From Octopus bimaculoides (taxonomy: Eukaryota): 43,703 nt of DNA. The stretch's first letter is position 1; every line of letters starts with the position of its first letter. The notes beneath the pieces were generated by a model. That model ran no database searches. It was given only the letters and a program-made list of their open reading frames with translations, and was not told the DNA's origin. The stretch is taken from contig NC_068994.1 in assembly GCF_001194135.2 (NCBI RefSeq), positions 32,600,378 to 32,644,080 on the forward strand. The letters run 5' to 3'. The position numbers and the translations under genes are program-made. Positions 1-11,918 of the stretch are shown here, piece after piece.

Positions 1-1164
1 GTGTGTTTATGCATGTGAAGTCCTGTGAGCGCTAATGGTAACATACAATCAAGTACAACCTGTTGCTTGGTCGGATTATCGGTGACTGAGCCGGCGTCTC
101 CACCAAGTTAGCCGGATCAAAAAGTTGAAACCCAACAGAACGAATACATCAGGTGTTTAAAGGACAGAGAAGCTTAGCATAGGGTCAACGACAATCGACT
201 AATAGACAAGAATAGACGAGAACTTCGAGATTTTGTGCTCTAGTCCAGTGCACTGTCCATCTCTTTAAGGTCACCATTCAGCTTGCGAATATTACCGTCG
301 TCTTTGAACTGGTGTCTCTTCTGAGTGTCTTAGTCGGATTCAGATTTGAGTTGTTAACATGGTGGGTTCTCTTCTTTCTACTTGGTTAGGGCCCTTAATC
401 ATGGTCAAAATGTATCTTGGTTGTGTCTTTTCTATAAATATTTCCATGATCATTTCTAATCTAGTACCCTCTGTCAAGACTTTTAAACATGTCACCCATT
501 TTCTTCCCAGGTGCACTGTTTCTCTGTTGAACTTCCTGTTAGTCTTAAGTCTTTATTCTAATAACTTGTTTCCTCGAGTTCGGCAACTCATCATCGTGTC
601 TTATCATTCCACAGGACTACGATATTCAGTCCTTTAAGCTTTCTAACAATTGATATCTTTAGGTCCTTGCTTTTGCTTCCACGAAGTTTCGTACGCTACA
701 GTGGCCTCAAGCCTTGTTTGGGACAAAATCGATAAAACCTTACACCAATGAGTGTAGGACACTTCTAAATTTTCCTTATAGCATGTCTCTAGAAGACTTT
801 TACTCCGTTGTAAACTCTGTGAACATTACTGAGAAAACTATCTTGCAACCACTTGTCTAATGAGAGATGTTGTCGTATTGTACGACCGTTTAAGTTTTGA
901 AATGTTTGACTAGAGAAGGTAGAATTATATAAGGATTATCTTACATACCTACTAGAAACACGCGTATTAAATGCATTCACAGTATCAACATTTTTTGCCT
1001 TTATTTTGATACGTACACACATACATGCATGCATGCACTTATACATACATATATACACACACATATATATATTGAGATATTTATGTATATATCTGTATGT
1101 ATAAGTATATGCATATATAGATACACATGCATATACATTTACAAATACACACAAGTGGATGTGG

Positions 1165-1200
<36 letters not shown>

Positions 1201-2087
1201 NNNNNNNNNNNNNNNNNNNATATCTATATATATATATATATATATATACATATACACACACACAGAAATGTATAATTGAATATATTTTTTATTTTCTTTG
1301 TCTTTATTTTCAGGTTCAGTTGTCATCCAGTATTGCGTGCACAGATAAACCAAAACCAACACCTCGCAGTCGAAGGGTCGACCTCAAATTTCCTGTAAAT
1401 AATTCAATGACGCAAACAGCACAGCAGTGTCAAACTTAGATGCCCGACCAAATTTTCAAAGACTCAGTCTTCGAGAAACAAGATTCCAGTCATATAAAAT
1501 TTAAAAAAAAATCTATTCAGAAACATACCACGAGACAAACAGAAAGAGATGACACGAAAGACACCGAGCGTTTGACTATGAGAACAGTACATGTATATGC
1601 TTTTATCTGCGACGTCTGAAACTCTATAACGATCTCAAGGAACTCGTTAAATTTAGTTTCGTTATAACAATATGATTATTTATCATGTTATTACGAAAGC
1701 TGCGGTAGAAGTAATTTCAGCAAATAACTTTCTATCTCGTTAATCTTATAATCCCAAATTGTAAAACTGTCTACTCAGGATTCTTGACATGACTCAGTTA
1801 CATCGTAACTCTCAGACCTAACAATGATCGTTTCTCATTTAACTCTTTGACTGCCCAAAGCATTTTTGTAAGTTTGTCCTAAACGTCCGTGCTTGTTTTC
1901 TGACTTTTAGTTAGCTCTTGTTTCATACGTTCTGCATAATATAAAACTTTACTTTCATAAGTCTCAAGTTACCCTGTTAGATGAAAAAAACTGGGAATGT
2001 GTATCTTATATGATGCATGGACACTAAGGAAATATATTCTGTATATCACATGTAATATACAGGATAGGCAAAGGGCTTAACACAAGG

Positions 2088-2265
2088 CCAGCAATTTTGA
2101 GAGTAGAGTTTAGTCAATATCATCGACTCCAGTACTTTACTGGTACTTTGTCGACCACGTGCGGACGAAGAGTAGTGTTGACTTCGATTGAAGAGCTAGA
2201 ACAAATACTGCAAGGCATTTTCTCAACGCTCTAACGATCCAGCCAGGCTGCCGCTGTTGAGAGAA
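2088..2265 (-). mobile_element. Degenerate SINE, family A
   Basis: Reverse complement resembles the other family A copies (gtaccagta...gtcga...ggccttgtg tail; head-side aacgatccagccagg-ctgccgc). Confidence 0.6.
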
Positions 2266-3400
2266 TAAATTATTTGGAATCACGATCTGCATGAAAAACA
2301 ATAATCAAATTAATGTTCACATATTTAACGTGGAGAGCATTAAAGCTTAACTAGATATAAAACATATCGCAAATAAACTATTAGTCTAAGGTTATTATTG
2401 CTTTTGGTGATAACTGCGGAGAATATTTCAGTTCTAGTCTCACCTCATCGACTAAGCATAGACTTCAGCATACTTGCTAGTTGGGGTTCATTATAAAGTC
2501 CTTGAGCAATTTCAGATTTGCATAATTTTCGTTTTATACACGGTAAAATTCACCCCTGAAAAGGATAAAGAAATGCGTTATAACGTTTTAAAATGAATTT
2601 CAATTACAGAAATCTTTATGCTTCTGAGATTCTTAGAATACTGTTTTTGCTGTTAATTTTCAGTTATGTAACAGTGAGTTACATTGGTTTTCAGGTCATC
2701 TATGGAATGATGTTTAATTGAATAAACTGAAATGTATAAATCTCCTTATAAAACAGTTAAAATATTTATTATCTATGTAAAAATAGTAATTAGTACATCA
2801 CTAAGATTTTTGATTGCTGACGATGAAAGATACATCAAGCTTCAAAATGTTCATTTGAGATTAAAATTTAAAATTGCCCAAGTACCATATTTGATGGCAT
2901 TATGACGAACTTTTCTCTAAAAAAAAAAAAAGAATAGCAAGAGNNNNNNNNNNNNNNNNNNNNNNNNNNNNNNNNNNNNNNNNNNNNNNNNNNNNNNNNN
3001 NNNNNNNNNNNNNNNNNNNNNNNNNNNNNNNNNNNNNNNNNNNNNNNNNNNNNNNNNNNNNNNNNNNNNNNNNNNNNNNNNNNNNNNNNNNNNNNNNNNN
3101 NNNNNNNNNNNNNNNNNNNNNNNNNNNNNNNNNNNNNNNNNNNNNNNNNNNNNNNNNNNNNNNNNNNNNNNNNNNNNNNNNNNNNNNNNNNNNNNNNNNN
3201 NNNNNNNNNNNNNNNNNNNNNNNNNNNNNNNNNNNNNNNNNNNNNNNNNNNNNNNTAGACACTGTATTCCGTTGATTAATCTGTTTATTTTACAACCAAA
3301 ATGACAAAAAAGACAATATACAAACACTTATGACATGCCATGTCATATCAACAATTAAGATTTCAAATTTAATGGACATCTAGCAATTGGAGAAGGGACA

Positions 3401-3536
3401 AAATCTTACAGCTGTTTCGGCCTAAGGTTGGCATGCCCCATTCTATGTATATAACTCCAGTACGCTGGAGTAATTAGTAGATGAAAATGATGTAATGGGG
3501 ATACATGCATGATTCATTAGGCCTCTTCAGAGATTT
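3401..3536 (-). ncRNA. Type I hammerhead ribozyme (Penelope-like/retrozyme type) with palindromic helix III and long helix II insertion
   Basis: Minus strand reads AAAUCU-CUGAAGA-GGCCUAA-(91 nt)-UUAGGCC-GAAA-CAGCUG-U-A-AGAUUU. Helix I is 6 bp and helix II 7 bp, both perfect. All core nucleotides are canonical; the cleavage triplet is GUA. Confidence 0.85.
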
Positions 3537-4479
3537 ACAAAATTCAATTCATGAATTTTGCAAGATTTACATACAAATATAAAATAACAATAAAAAATAA
3601 AAGATAAATATATAAAAATATAAAGCATATAAAAACATACAAAAAGTATATTAAAAACACATATAGAGTCATAAAAACTCTTATATACATGCATATGTAT
3701 GTATACATTACCATATATATATATAATGACCTTGTGTTACGGTGAAAGAATCACAAGACAAAGACCAAATCAAACAGGAGTTATCGACATATATGCTTGA
3801 ACATAAAATGACAATAATCTCAGTAACGGACCAATTATTCGTACCGCATCATTATTTCTTGTTAACTTTTTAATGTTTTCTGAAATAAATATTTTAACTT
3901 CTAACGTGTTTAAATGATTGATTAAATAATAATTTTGTTACATCTAATTCCACTGGATCCAGTGAATAGGATCCTTCATATTCATTGTGAGTGTCTATAT
4001 ATTTTGAACGTGTGCATGTGAGTATAATTTTTATTGATATTTCCATCGTTTACTTAATAGGCGATATATGTAAACACGTACATACATACATTATGTAAAT
4101 AGATGCCTGAAATTCTTTGGTGAATAGATGCACACTCTTGGATGTAATTCATCGACAGCTCAACTAACAGATCAACTCAACCACATATTTACAAATACGA
4201 GTACTCTCTTAACTTAAGAAGTCATGTTGCTTTGTTAGAGGCCGGTTTGAACTCTCTTAAGAAGAACTTAAATAAACTCAAAGAAAAATCATCCATCTGT
4301 CCGTCCTTCCTTCCGTCCGTCCGTTCGTCTGTCTATCCATCCATACATACATACAAACATAGTGCTGACGTCTATCATGCTTACAGAAGATGTGGGTTCG
4401 AGTCACGTGGGCAGCCTTCGAATTTTTCTATCCGAAGGGATTTTTAGCCTAATATCTATGCGCTACTATTTATAGTTTT

Positions 4480-4556
4480 ATGCTTCCGTGCTGTGGGACT
4501 GAACCCAAGATCACGTGGTTGCAAGCGAATTTCTAAACCACACATCCATGACTGCT
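4480..4556 (-). mobile_element. SINE family B, 5' tRNA-like head fragment
   Basis: Reverse complement matches the head of the 6580 copy (A-box-like tgtgtggtt, B-box-like gggttcagtccc). Confidence 0.65.
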
Positions 4557-4582
4557 TATACATGTATGTGAGTGTAATTGTT

Positions 4583-4590
4583 TGTATATG

Positions 4591-4646
<56 letters not shown>

Positions 4647-4678
4647 TGTGTGTGTGTGAGTGTGTGTGTGTGTATGTG
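4583..4678. repeat. (GT)n microsatellite
   Basis: Direct inspection. Confidence 0.95.
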
Positions 4679-5738
4679 TATTCTGCTAACTCTGTTGCCT
4701 TTTAAATGTAAGATATTGAAATTCACTACGATGTGTGTGTGTTTTTCTCTTCGTTATTTTCGTCATGCAACAATTTGTTCAGAAAATATATATATATATA
4801 TACATATATATATACAATTACCACAGACGAATCAGAAACTGTAGAAAGCCAGACTAGATACTTTTTTTTTTTCTTAGTATTTCTGTTTTGTAGCATTTAG
4901 TTAACATCCCTTGGATGATCGGAACTGAAATCGTGCCTGTGACAACATCAATTTCCTTGTTTTATTTCAATGCCGATAGAATATCTATCAAATACTGTTC
5001 CCAATATCGATTTAGTTGAATGTAGTTGCCACCCCCACCTCTTTACAGACACACGCCTTCGAGAAACGTCTTGGTCTTCTCTCTCAGTGTAAGAAATCAA
5101 TAAAACTGTCATATGCTTATTGACTTCAATATTTCTACCCACCCGCTCTCCGCCGGTTTTATTATCTGAACGATACATGTAGGACAGGAAGACAGGAAAT
5201 GTTATTGGTTTTGGAGAAAATCCCGAGATTATTTCGAAGCTTTAGATTAGGTTTCATTGGTTGTTTTCTAAATTCTAAATTTTCTGGTGTCAGATTTTAG
5301 CGAAAAATCTACGTTAAATTTCTGTGAAGGTTTGCCAGTCATTGGAATCATGTTTTTTTTTCTTTTTAATGCAATCTAATATCTTTTTGTATAATGGCCG
5401 CTCTGACTCAGATATGTAAGTAGTTCTTTAACATGGGATGTATTTCTGGTTAGTGTCGATGACTATTCAGAGCTGAAGTAGTTTTTAATCTTCTCAGAGG
5501 ATTCTAGTTTCTGGGACGACGTTTTAGCAATGAGTTTTTTTTTTTTTTTTTTGCCTCTGGTTCCTTTTGATTCCTATTTTATCCTACTGGACATCCATTG
5601 CCAGTCAATGTTTTAAAAAAGTCCTATTATATTTTTAATATTAAATTTTATTAGGAATTGCACAACAAAATTGTAAAAATATTTTTTGTATTGTAGATGT
5701 ATAAGCAATTTATTGCACATGAATCTTAACAACAAAAT

Positions 5739-5787
5739 CTCATATGGACCCCACAAGGGACATACGGACCCCAGTTGAGATCCACTG
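5739..5787 (-). mobile_element. Probable terminus of a hAT (Charlie-like) non-autonomous element
   Basis: Reverse complement cagtggatctcaactggggtccgtatgtccc resembles the CAGTGGTTCTCAA-type hAT terminal inverted repeat (TIR), with repeated ggaccc subterminal motifs. No partner end was found. Confidence 0.4.
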
Positions 5788-5959
5788 ATATAAATGTATG
5801 ACGTTCACGAAAATCCTTTGTGGGTTTTTGTGCCGATGACTGTTGCAAACTTCACTTTTATCAGAATTTTCAAGGGCGAGAGAACGCTAGTGTGAGACAT
5901 ATGCAGACAAATCTTTGAAAGATTTGTCTAATGGGAAGGAATAGTGGGGGTCAGAGAAG

Positions 5960-6290
5960 TACTTCTATTCTTGAACTTTGTTATTTCCCTGGGCTTCATC
6001 ATCGTCATCAACCCCTAGAAATTACCTGTGCTCTAGGATTCGTAGACCTGATCATCCAGTTTCTGTGGCGTGTAAGTCACCGGGATCACGACATTCTCCA
6101 TACACGGGACGTCAGTTAGTTGCAGGGTTATAGCAGAGTGGACTACAGCAATGTGAGATGAAATGCTTTCCTCAAGAACACAACGCACCGCCCGGTCTAG
6201 CAATCGAAACAACAATCTTGCGATCGTCAGTGCAAAATCCCAACCAATAAGCCACTCGCTTTATCACTCTGGCTTTGGAGAATTAAAAAG
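5960..6290 (-). mobile_element. SINE family C (tRNA head followed by gtgttcttgagcaa/gacact segment)
   Basis: Reverse complement of 6135-6260 aligns with the head of the 11400-11720 copy. Confidence 0.6.
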
Positions 6291-6579
6291 GAACAAAAAG
6301 AGGTCAACTATTGATTTTGCTCGACAATCAAGGATAGAGATAAATAGGCATTTCCCAAACGCCAATAGATTTCGAATCAGTAAAGTGGATAATCAATGGA
6401 ACAATAAATCAAACAATAAAACATGCTAAAAACAGCGAGACCTAACTTTTTGGTGGTTGAATGTACTAGATGAGGGGAATGATTAATCCAAAATTAGGGT
6501 CGTGATAAGATGAAATCTGCTGTCCGTTATCAGATCTATCCTGATTTATTAGTAACTATAAACATTAAATGAACGAATA

Positions 6580-6963
6580 GGCGCAGGAGTGGCTATGTGG
6601 TAAGTAGCTTGCTTACCAACCACATGGTTCCGGGTTCAGTCCCACTGCGTGGCACCTTGGGTAAGTGTCTTCTAGTATAGCCTCGGGCCGACCAAAGCCT
6701 TGTGAGTGGATTTGGTAGACGGAAACTGAAAGAAGCCCGTCGTATATATGTATGTATATATATATGTATGTGTGTGTATATGTTTGACAACCGATGCTGG
6801 TGTATTTACGTCCCCGTAACTTAGCGGTTCGGCAAAAAGAGACCGATAGAATAAGTACTAGGCTTACAAAGAATAAGTCCTGGGGTCGATTTGCTCGACT
6901 AAAGGCGGTGCTCCAGCATGGCCGCAGTCAAATGACTGAAACAAGTAAAAGAGTAAAAGAGAG
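6580..6963 (+). mobile_element. Full-length tRNA-derived SINE family B (octopus OR-type/CORE-like) with internal microsatellite
   Basis: ggcgcagg start, A-box-like tggctatgtggt, B-box-like gggttcagtccc, CORE-like ccttgggtaagtgtctt, internal (TA/TATG/TG)n and 3' (aaagagt) tail. Many related copies occur in the window. Confidence 0.85.
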
Positions 6964-7224
6964 AATACTAAACAATGACGTGTGTATTTGAGAAGATGTG
7001 CGTCGTACAAAATACTACCAATATTTGTTTCAATAAATGTTTCCATCGAATACCTTAATAAATACGAAGAAGGTAAATGGTAGGATTGGAGTTCCCGAGA
7101 AAATACCCTGTGGTATTTGGCTACCTCCCCTTATATTATGAGCTCAAATGCCACCTAGGTCTAGTTTCACCTTCATCCTTCCAATGCCGATGACATTAAT
7201 ACTGGCGATTGATGAAATCGCCTG

Positions 7225-7760
7225 AAGCCCGGATGACGGTGCTCCAGTATGACCACAATGACTGATAGTAGTAAAAGAATAAGAAAAACGTCCTTGTTTT
7301 TTTTTTCATGTTTTGTACTTGTTTCAGTCATTATACTGCGGCCATGCTGGGGCACCGCCTAAAAGTATTTTAGTCGAACAAATCGACTGTCTTTTTTCTC
7401 ACTTTTATCTGGTATTTAAACCCCACTCCAACACACACACACACACATGTATGCGATGGTCTTCCACGCAGTTTCCGGTTTCCAAATTCACTGATAAGGT
7501 ATTGGTCAGCCCGAGTAGAAAACTAGAAAATCACCCATGGTACAGCGCTGTGGAACTGAACCCGAAACTCCATTTGCATGGGAGACATGTATGCGTGTGT
7601 GCGCGTTGGTGCATTTGCATGAATGTATAGCGCAGGCGTGACCAGGTAGTGAAGACGTTTGCCTTACAATCATGAGACTCTGGTTTGATCTCATACCTTT
7701 GCAACTTAGGTAAGTGTCTTTTACCATTGCATTGAGCTAACACAAGCATTGTGGTTTGTC
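7225..7760. mobile_element. Cluster of family B SINE pieces (+ tail 7237-7285, - copy 7310-7600, + head 7627-7760)
   Basis: Matches to segments of the 6580 copy in both orientations. Confidence 0.75.
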
Positions 7761-8013
7761 AGAAACTTGTGGAATCATTTTGGTTGGGTTGTACCTATAA
7801 TTCATACTGTCTCATATTGATTTTGCGTCAGAATTACATTAAGGGCTCACATGTCTATGTAATTTGGTTATCGGAACAACTAGAATAGTCATCATCGAAA
7901 CCAACGGAGGATCTATCTCCATGAATGTGTCTGTGATGCATGTAAGTATGAATGTAAATGTGTGTGTGTGTGTGTGTGTGCACGCGTGTGTATGTACATG
8001 TGTGTGTGTGCAC

Positions 8014-8235
8014 CAGTCATGTACAAATTGCGGCCCGCAGGATTTTCTGAATGGTACGCTGACAAAAAATTTCCTTGAGCAATTTTTAACAGTGCGCCCC
8101 ACCAGATGATGATAATCGATGTTTAATGCGGCCCGCCTGATGATGATCCATATGTAATGCAGCCCGCCTGATTATGATCCATGTCTAATGCGGCCCACCT
8201 GATGATGATCCATAGCTAATGCGACTCATGTGATG
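8014..8235 (+). mobile_element. hAT-like element end containing a 31-bp minisatellite
   Basis: cagtcatgtacaaattgcggcccgcagg start resembles Charlie/MER-type TIRs. Units aatgcggcccgcctgatgatgatccatatgt start at 8125, 8156 and 8187, with a partial unit at 8218 running into the gap. Confidence 0.55.
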
Positions 8236-9064
8236 NNNNNNNNNNNNNNNNNNNNNNNNNNNNNNNNNNNNNNNNNNNNNNNNNNNNNNNNNNNNNNNNN
8301 NNNNNNNNNNNNNNNNNNNNNNNNNNNNNNNNNNNNNNNNNNNNNNNNNNNNNNNNNNNNNNNNNNNNNNNNNNNNNNNNNNNNNNNNNNNNNNNNNNNN
8401 NNNNNNNNNNNNNNNNNNNNNNNNNNNNNNNNNNNNNNNNNNNNNNNNNNNNNNNNNNNNNNNNNNNNNNNNNNNNNNNNNNNNNNNNNNNNNNNNNNNN
8501 NNNNNNNNNNNNNNNNNNNNNNNNNNNNNNNNNNNNNNNNNNNNNNNNNNNNNNNNNNNNNNNNNNNNNNNNNNNNNNNNNNNNNNNNNNNNNNNNNNNN
8601 NNNNNNNNNNNNNNNNNNNNNNNNNNNNNNNNNNNNNNNNNNNNNNNNNNNNNNNNNNNNNNNNNNNNNNNNNNNNNNNNNNNNNNNNNNNNNNNNNNNN
8701 NNNNNNNNNNNNNNNNNNNNNNNNNNNNNNNNNNNNNNNNNNNNNNNNNNNNNNNNNNNNNNNNNNNNNNNNNNNNNNNNNNNNNNNNNNNNNNNNNNNN
8801 NNNNNNNNNNNNNNNNNNNNNNNNNNNNNNNNNNNNNNNNNNNNNNNNNNNNNNNNNNNNNNNNNNNNNNNNNNNNNNNNNNNNNNNNNNNNNNNNNNNN
8901 NNNNNNNNNNNNNNNNNNNNNNNNNNNNNNNNNNNNNNNNNNNNNNNNNNNNNNNNNNNNNNNNNNNNNNNNNNNNNNNNNNNNNNNNNNNNNNNNNNNN
9001 NNNNNNNNNNNNNNNNNNNNNNNNNNNNNNNNNNNNNNNNNNNNNNNNNNNNNNNNNNNNNNNN

Positions 9065-9093
9065 GTGTGTGTGTGTGTGTGTGTGTGCGTGTG

Positions 9094-9137
<44 letters not shown>

Positions 9138-9250
9138 ACATACCGTTACACTGTACAAGAACAACATTCTGAGTGTCTGGTGCTGCCATCTATCCAGAAC
9201 CCTGGAGGAATCACGCAAGAACAAAACTGCACCTCCGAAACAACAACAGC

Positions 9251-9284
<34 letters not shown>

Positions 9285-10800
9285 CAAAGAACAAGAAGAC
9301 TAGTAACAACAACAATGCCAACAGCAACAAACGGAATTAATACCAAACACAACTGTAAAATCAATAACATCCAGTTCCAACGCTAAAAGCACCGTCAACG
9401 GCGTCAACTACCACCAACACCGCCAACAGCAACAACAACAATACCACTAACACTAATAACAATAACAACAACAGTAACATCAATAACAGTAACAACAACA
9501 TCGAAATAATATCAACAACACCAACATCAACATCACCACCACCACCACCACCACCACAAGCAGCAGCAGCAACACCACCACCACTACCACCACCACTACC
9601 ACCACCACCNNNNNNNNNNNNNNNNNNNNNNNNNNNNNNNNNNNNNNNNNNNNNNNNNNNNNNNNNNNNNNNNNNNNNNNNNNNNNNNNNNNNNNNNNNN
9701 NNNNNNNNNNNNNNNNNNNNNNNNNNNNNNNNNNNNNNNNNNNNNNNNNNNNNNNNNNNNNNNNNNNNNNNNNNNNNNNNNNNNNNNNNNNNNNNNNNNN
9801 NNNNNNNNNNNNNNNNNNNNNNNNNNNNNNNNNNNNNNNNNNNNNNNNNNNNNNNNNNNNNNNNNNNNNNNNNNNNNNNNNNNNNNNNNNNNNNNNNNNN
9901 NNNNNNNNNNNNNNNNNNNNNNNNNNNNNNNNNNNNNNNNNNNNNNNNNNNNNNNNNNNNNNNNNNNNNNNNNNNNNNNNNNNNNNNNNNNNNNNNNNNN
10001 NNNNNNNNNNNNNNNNNNNNNNNNNNNNNNNNNNNNNNNNNNNNNNNNNNNNNNNNNNNNNNNNNNNNNNNNNNNNNNNNNNNNNNNNNNNNNNNNNNNN
10101 NNNNNNNNNNNNNNNNNNNNNNNNNNNNNNNNNNNNNNNNNNNNNNNNNNNNNNNNNNNNNNNNNNNNNNNNNNNNNNNNNNNNNNNNNNNNNNNNNNNN
10201 NNNNNNNNNNNNNNNNNNNNNNNNNNNNNNNNNNNNNNNNNNNNNNNNNNNNNNNNNNNNNNNNNNNNNNNNNNNNNNNNNNNNNNNNNNNNNNNNNNNN
10301 NNNNNNNNNNNNNNNNNNNNNNNNNNNNNNNNNNNNNNNNNNNNNNNNNNNNNNNNNNNNNNNNNNNNNNNNNNNNNNNNNNNNNNNNNNNNNNNNNNNN
10401 NNNNNNNNNNNNNNNNNNNNNNNNNNNNNNNNNNNNNNNNNNNNNNNNNNNNNNNNNNNNNNNNNNNNNNNNNNNNNNNNNNNNNNNNNNNNNNNNNNNN
10501 NNNGTACGACGATGACGAAATGTTGGCAATGGAGTTGGTTGTAATTTTAATGATAATGCTTTTGTTGGTGGTGATGGTAATGAAGAGGGTGGTAACTTTT
10601 TCTGGTGAGAGTAGTAGTAGTAGTGGTGGTGGTGGTGGTGGTGGTGGTGGTGGTGGTGATGGTGGTGGTGATGGTGGTGGTAGTAGTAGTAGTAGTGGTG
10701 GTGGTTGTTGTAGTAGTAGTAGTGGTGCTGGTGCTGGTGGTGCTGGTGGTGCTGGTGGTAGTAGTAGTAGTAGTAGTTGTTGTTGTGGTGGTGGAGTGGC
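9065..10800. repeat. Low-complexity block: (GT)n, (CAA/CAC)n, gap, (GGT/AGT)n
   Basis: Direct inspection. Confidence 0.95.
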
Positions 10801-11399
10801 AGTTCAATACTGGTGAGGATGTTTGTGTATGAGTGCGAGGGAGACACAGATAGGTAGACAGATAAATAGACTGAGAGCGACTGAGAGACCAAGGGGCAGC
10901 GACTGAATGAGAGAACAGCTGAGAGCAGTATGAGTGTTATATGCACTCTTATTCACGTCACCGTTGTTGTTTTTTAACACCAGGTCAGCCACAACCAATT
11001 AGGTTTCCCATGCACAAGGGAATCAGAAGCGCGTTACCCAAGATCATCCAAAAGTTACCCAAATTATCCAGCGTATGATGTAACTTGAAGGGTTTGGATG
11101 CAATTTCTTAGAAATCGAGCGACCCCGTAGAAAAGACATGGGCAACCNNNNNNNNNNNNNNNNNNNNNNNNNNNNNNNNNNNNNNNNNNNNNNNNNNNNN
11201 NNNNNNNNNNNNNNNNNNNNNNNNNNNNNNNNNNNNNNNNNNNNNNNNNNNNNNNNNNNNNNNNNNNNNNNNNNNNNNNNNNNNNNNNNNNNNNNNNNNN
11301 NNNNNNNNNNNNNNNNNNNNNNNNNNNNNNNNNNNNNNNNNNNNNNNNNNNNNNNNNNNNNNNNNNNNNNNNNNNNNCAGGAGAGGGCAGGACAGGAGG

Positions 11400-11720
11400 G
11401 CATAAATCGATAACATTGACACTCGGTTCACAATCATGAGGTTGTGAGTTCGATTCTCGGACCGGGCTGTGTGTTGTGTTCTTGCGCAAGACACTTTATT
11501 TCACGTTGCTCCAGTTCACTGAGCTGTAGAAATGAGTTGTGACGTCACTGGTGCCAAGCTGTATCGACCTTTGCCTTTCCTTTGAATAACATCGGTGGTG
11601 TGAAGAGAGGAGGCTGATATGTATGGGCGATTGCTGGTCTTTCATAAACAACCTCACCCAAGCCTGTTCTTCGGAGGGTAACTTTCTAGGTGCAGTCCCA
11701 TGGTCATTCATGACCGAAGG
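11400..11720 (+). mobile_element. SINE family C
   Basis: B-box gagttcgattc followed by gtgttgtgttcttgcgcaagacact; related to 5960-6290. Confidence 0.7.
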
Positions 11721-11737
11721 AGGGGGCGGGGTCTTTA

Positions 11738-11892
11738 CCCTTTAGTGCTCAACTGGTACTTGTTTTATCAACCCCGAAAGGATAAAAGGCTAAGTCGACC
11801 TCAGCCGAATTTGAACTCAGAACGTAAAGATGGAACAAATGCCGTTAAGCATTTTGCCCGACGTGCTTACGATTCTGCCGGTTCGTTGCCTT
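11738..11892 (-). mobile_element. SINE family A
   Basis: Reverse complement aligns with the 11919 copy and with the 33880-35170 copies. Confidence 0.85.
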
Positions 11893-11918
11893 AAATAAGT
11901 GGCTATGATAAAAAGACG

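Noticed and set aside
1314-1439. Plus-strand acceptor (tctttattttcag) followed by VQLSSSIACTDKPKPTPRSRR...CQT*
   Set aside because: Good acceptor but no recognisable peptide, no compatible upstream exon, and unclear frame.
2440-2560. Strong minus-strand acceptor ttatccttttcag at 2556
   Set aside because: All three frames stop within 15 codons.
3951-3964. 14-bp perfect palindrome cactggatccagtg
   Set aside because: Short and isolated, with no supporting context.
4860-5560. Possible very old R4-type RT thumb fragment on the minus strand
   Set aside because: Only faint similarity (RGGGG/IQL-like) with many stops; cannot be supported without a profile search.
8125-8235. Regular repeats as a possible CRISPR array
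   Set aside because: Units abut with no unique spacers; this is a 31-bp minisatellite in eukaryotic DNA.
9175-9200. CTCF-like motif tgctgccatctatcc
   Set aside because: Only a partial match to the consensus; single occurrence.
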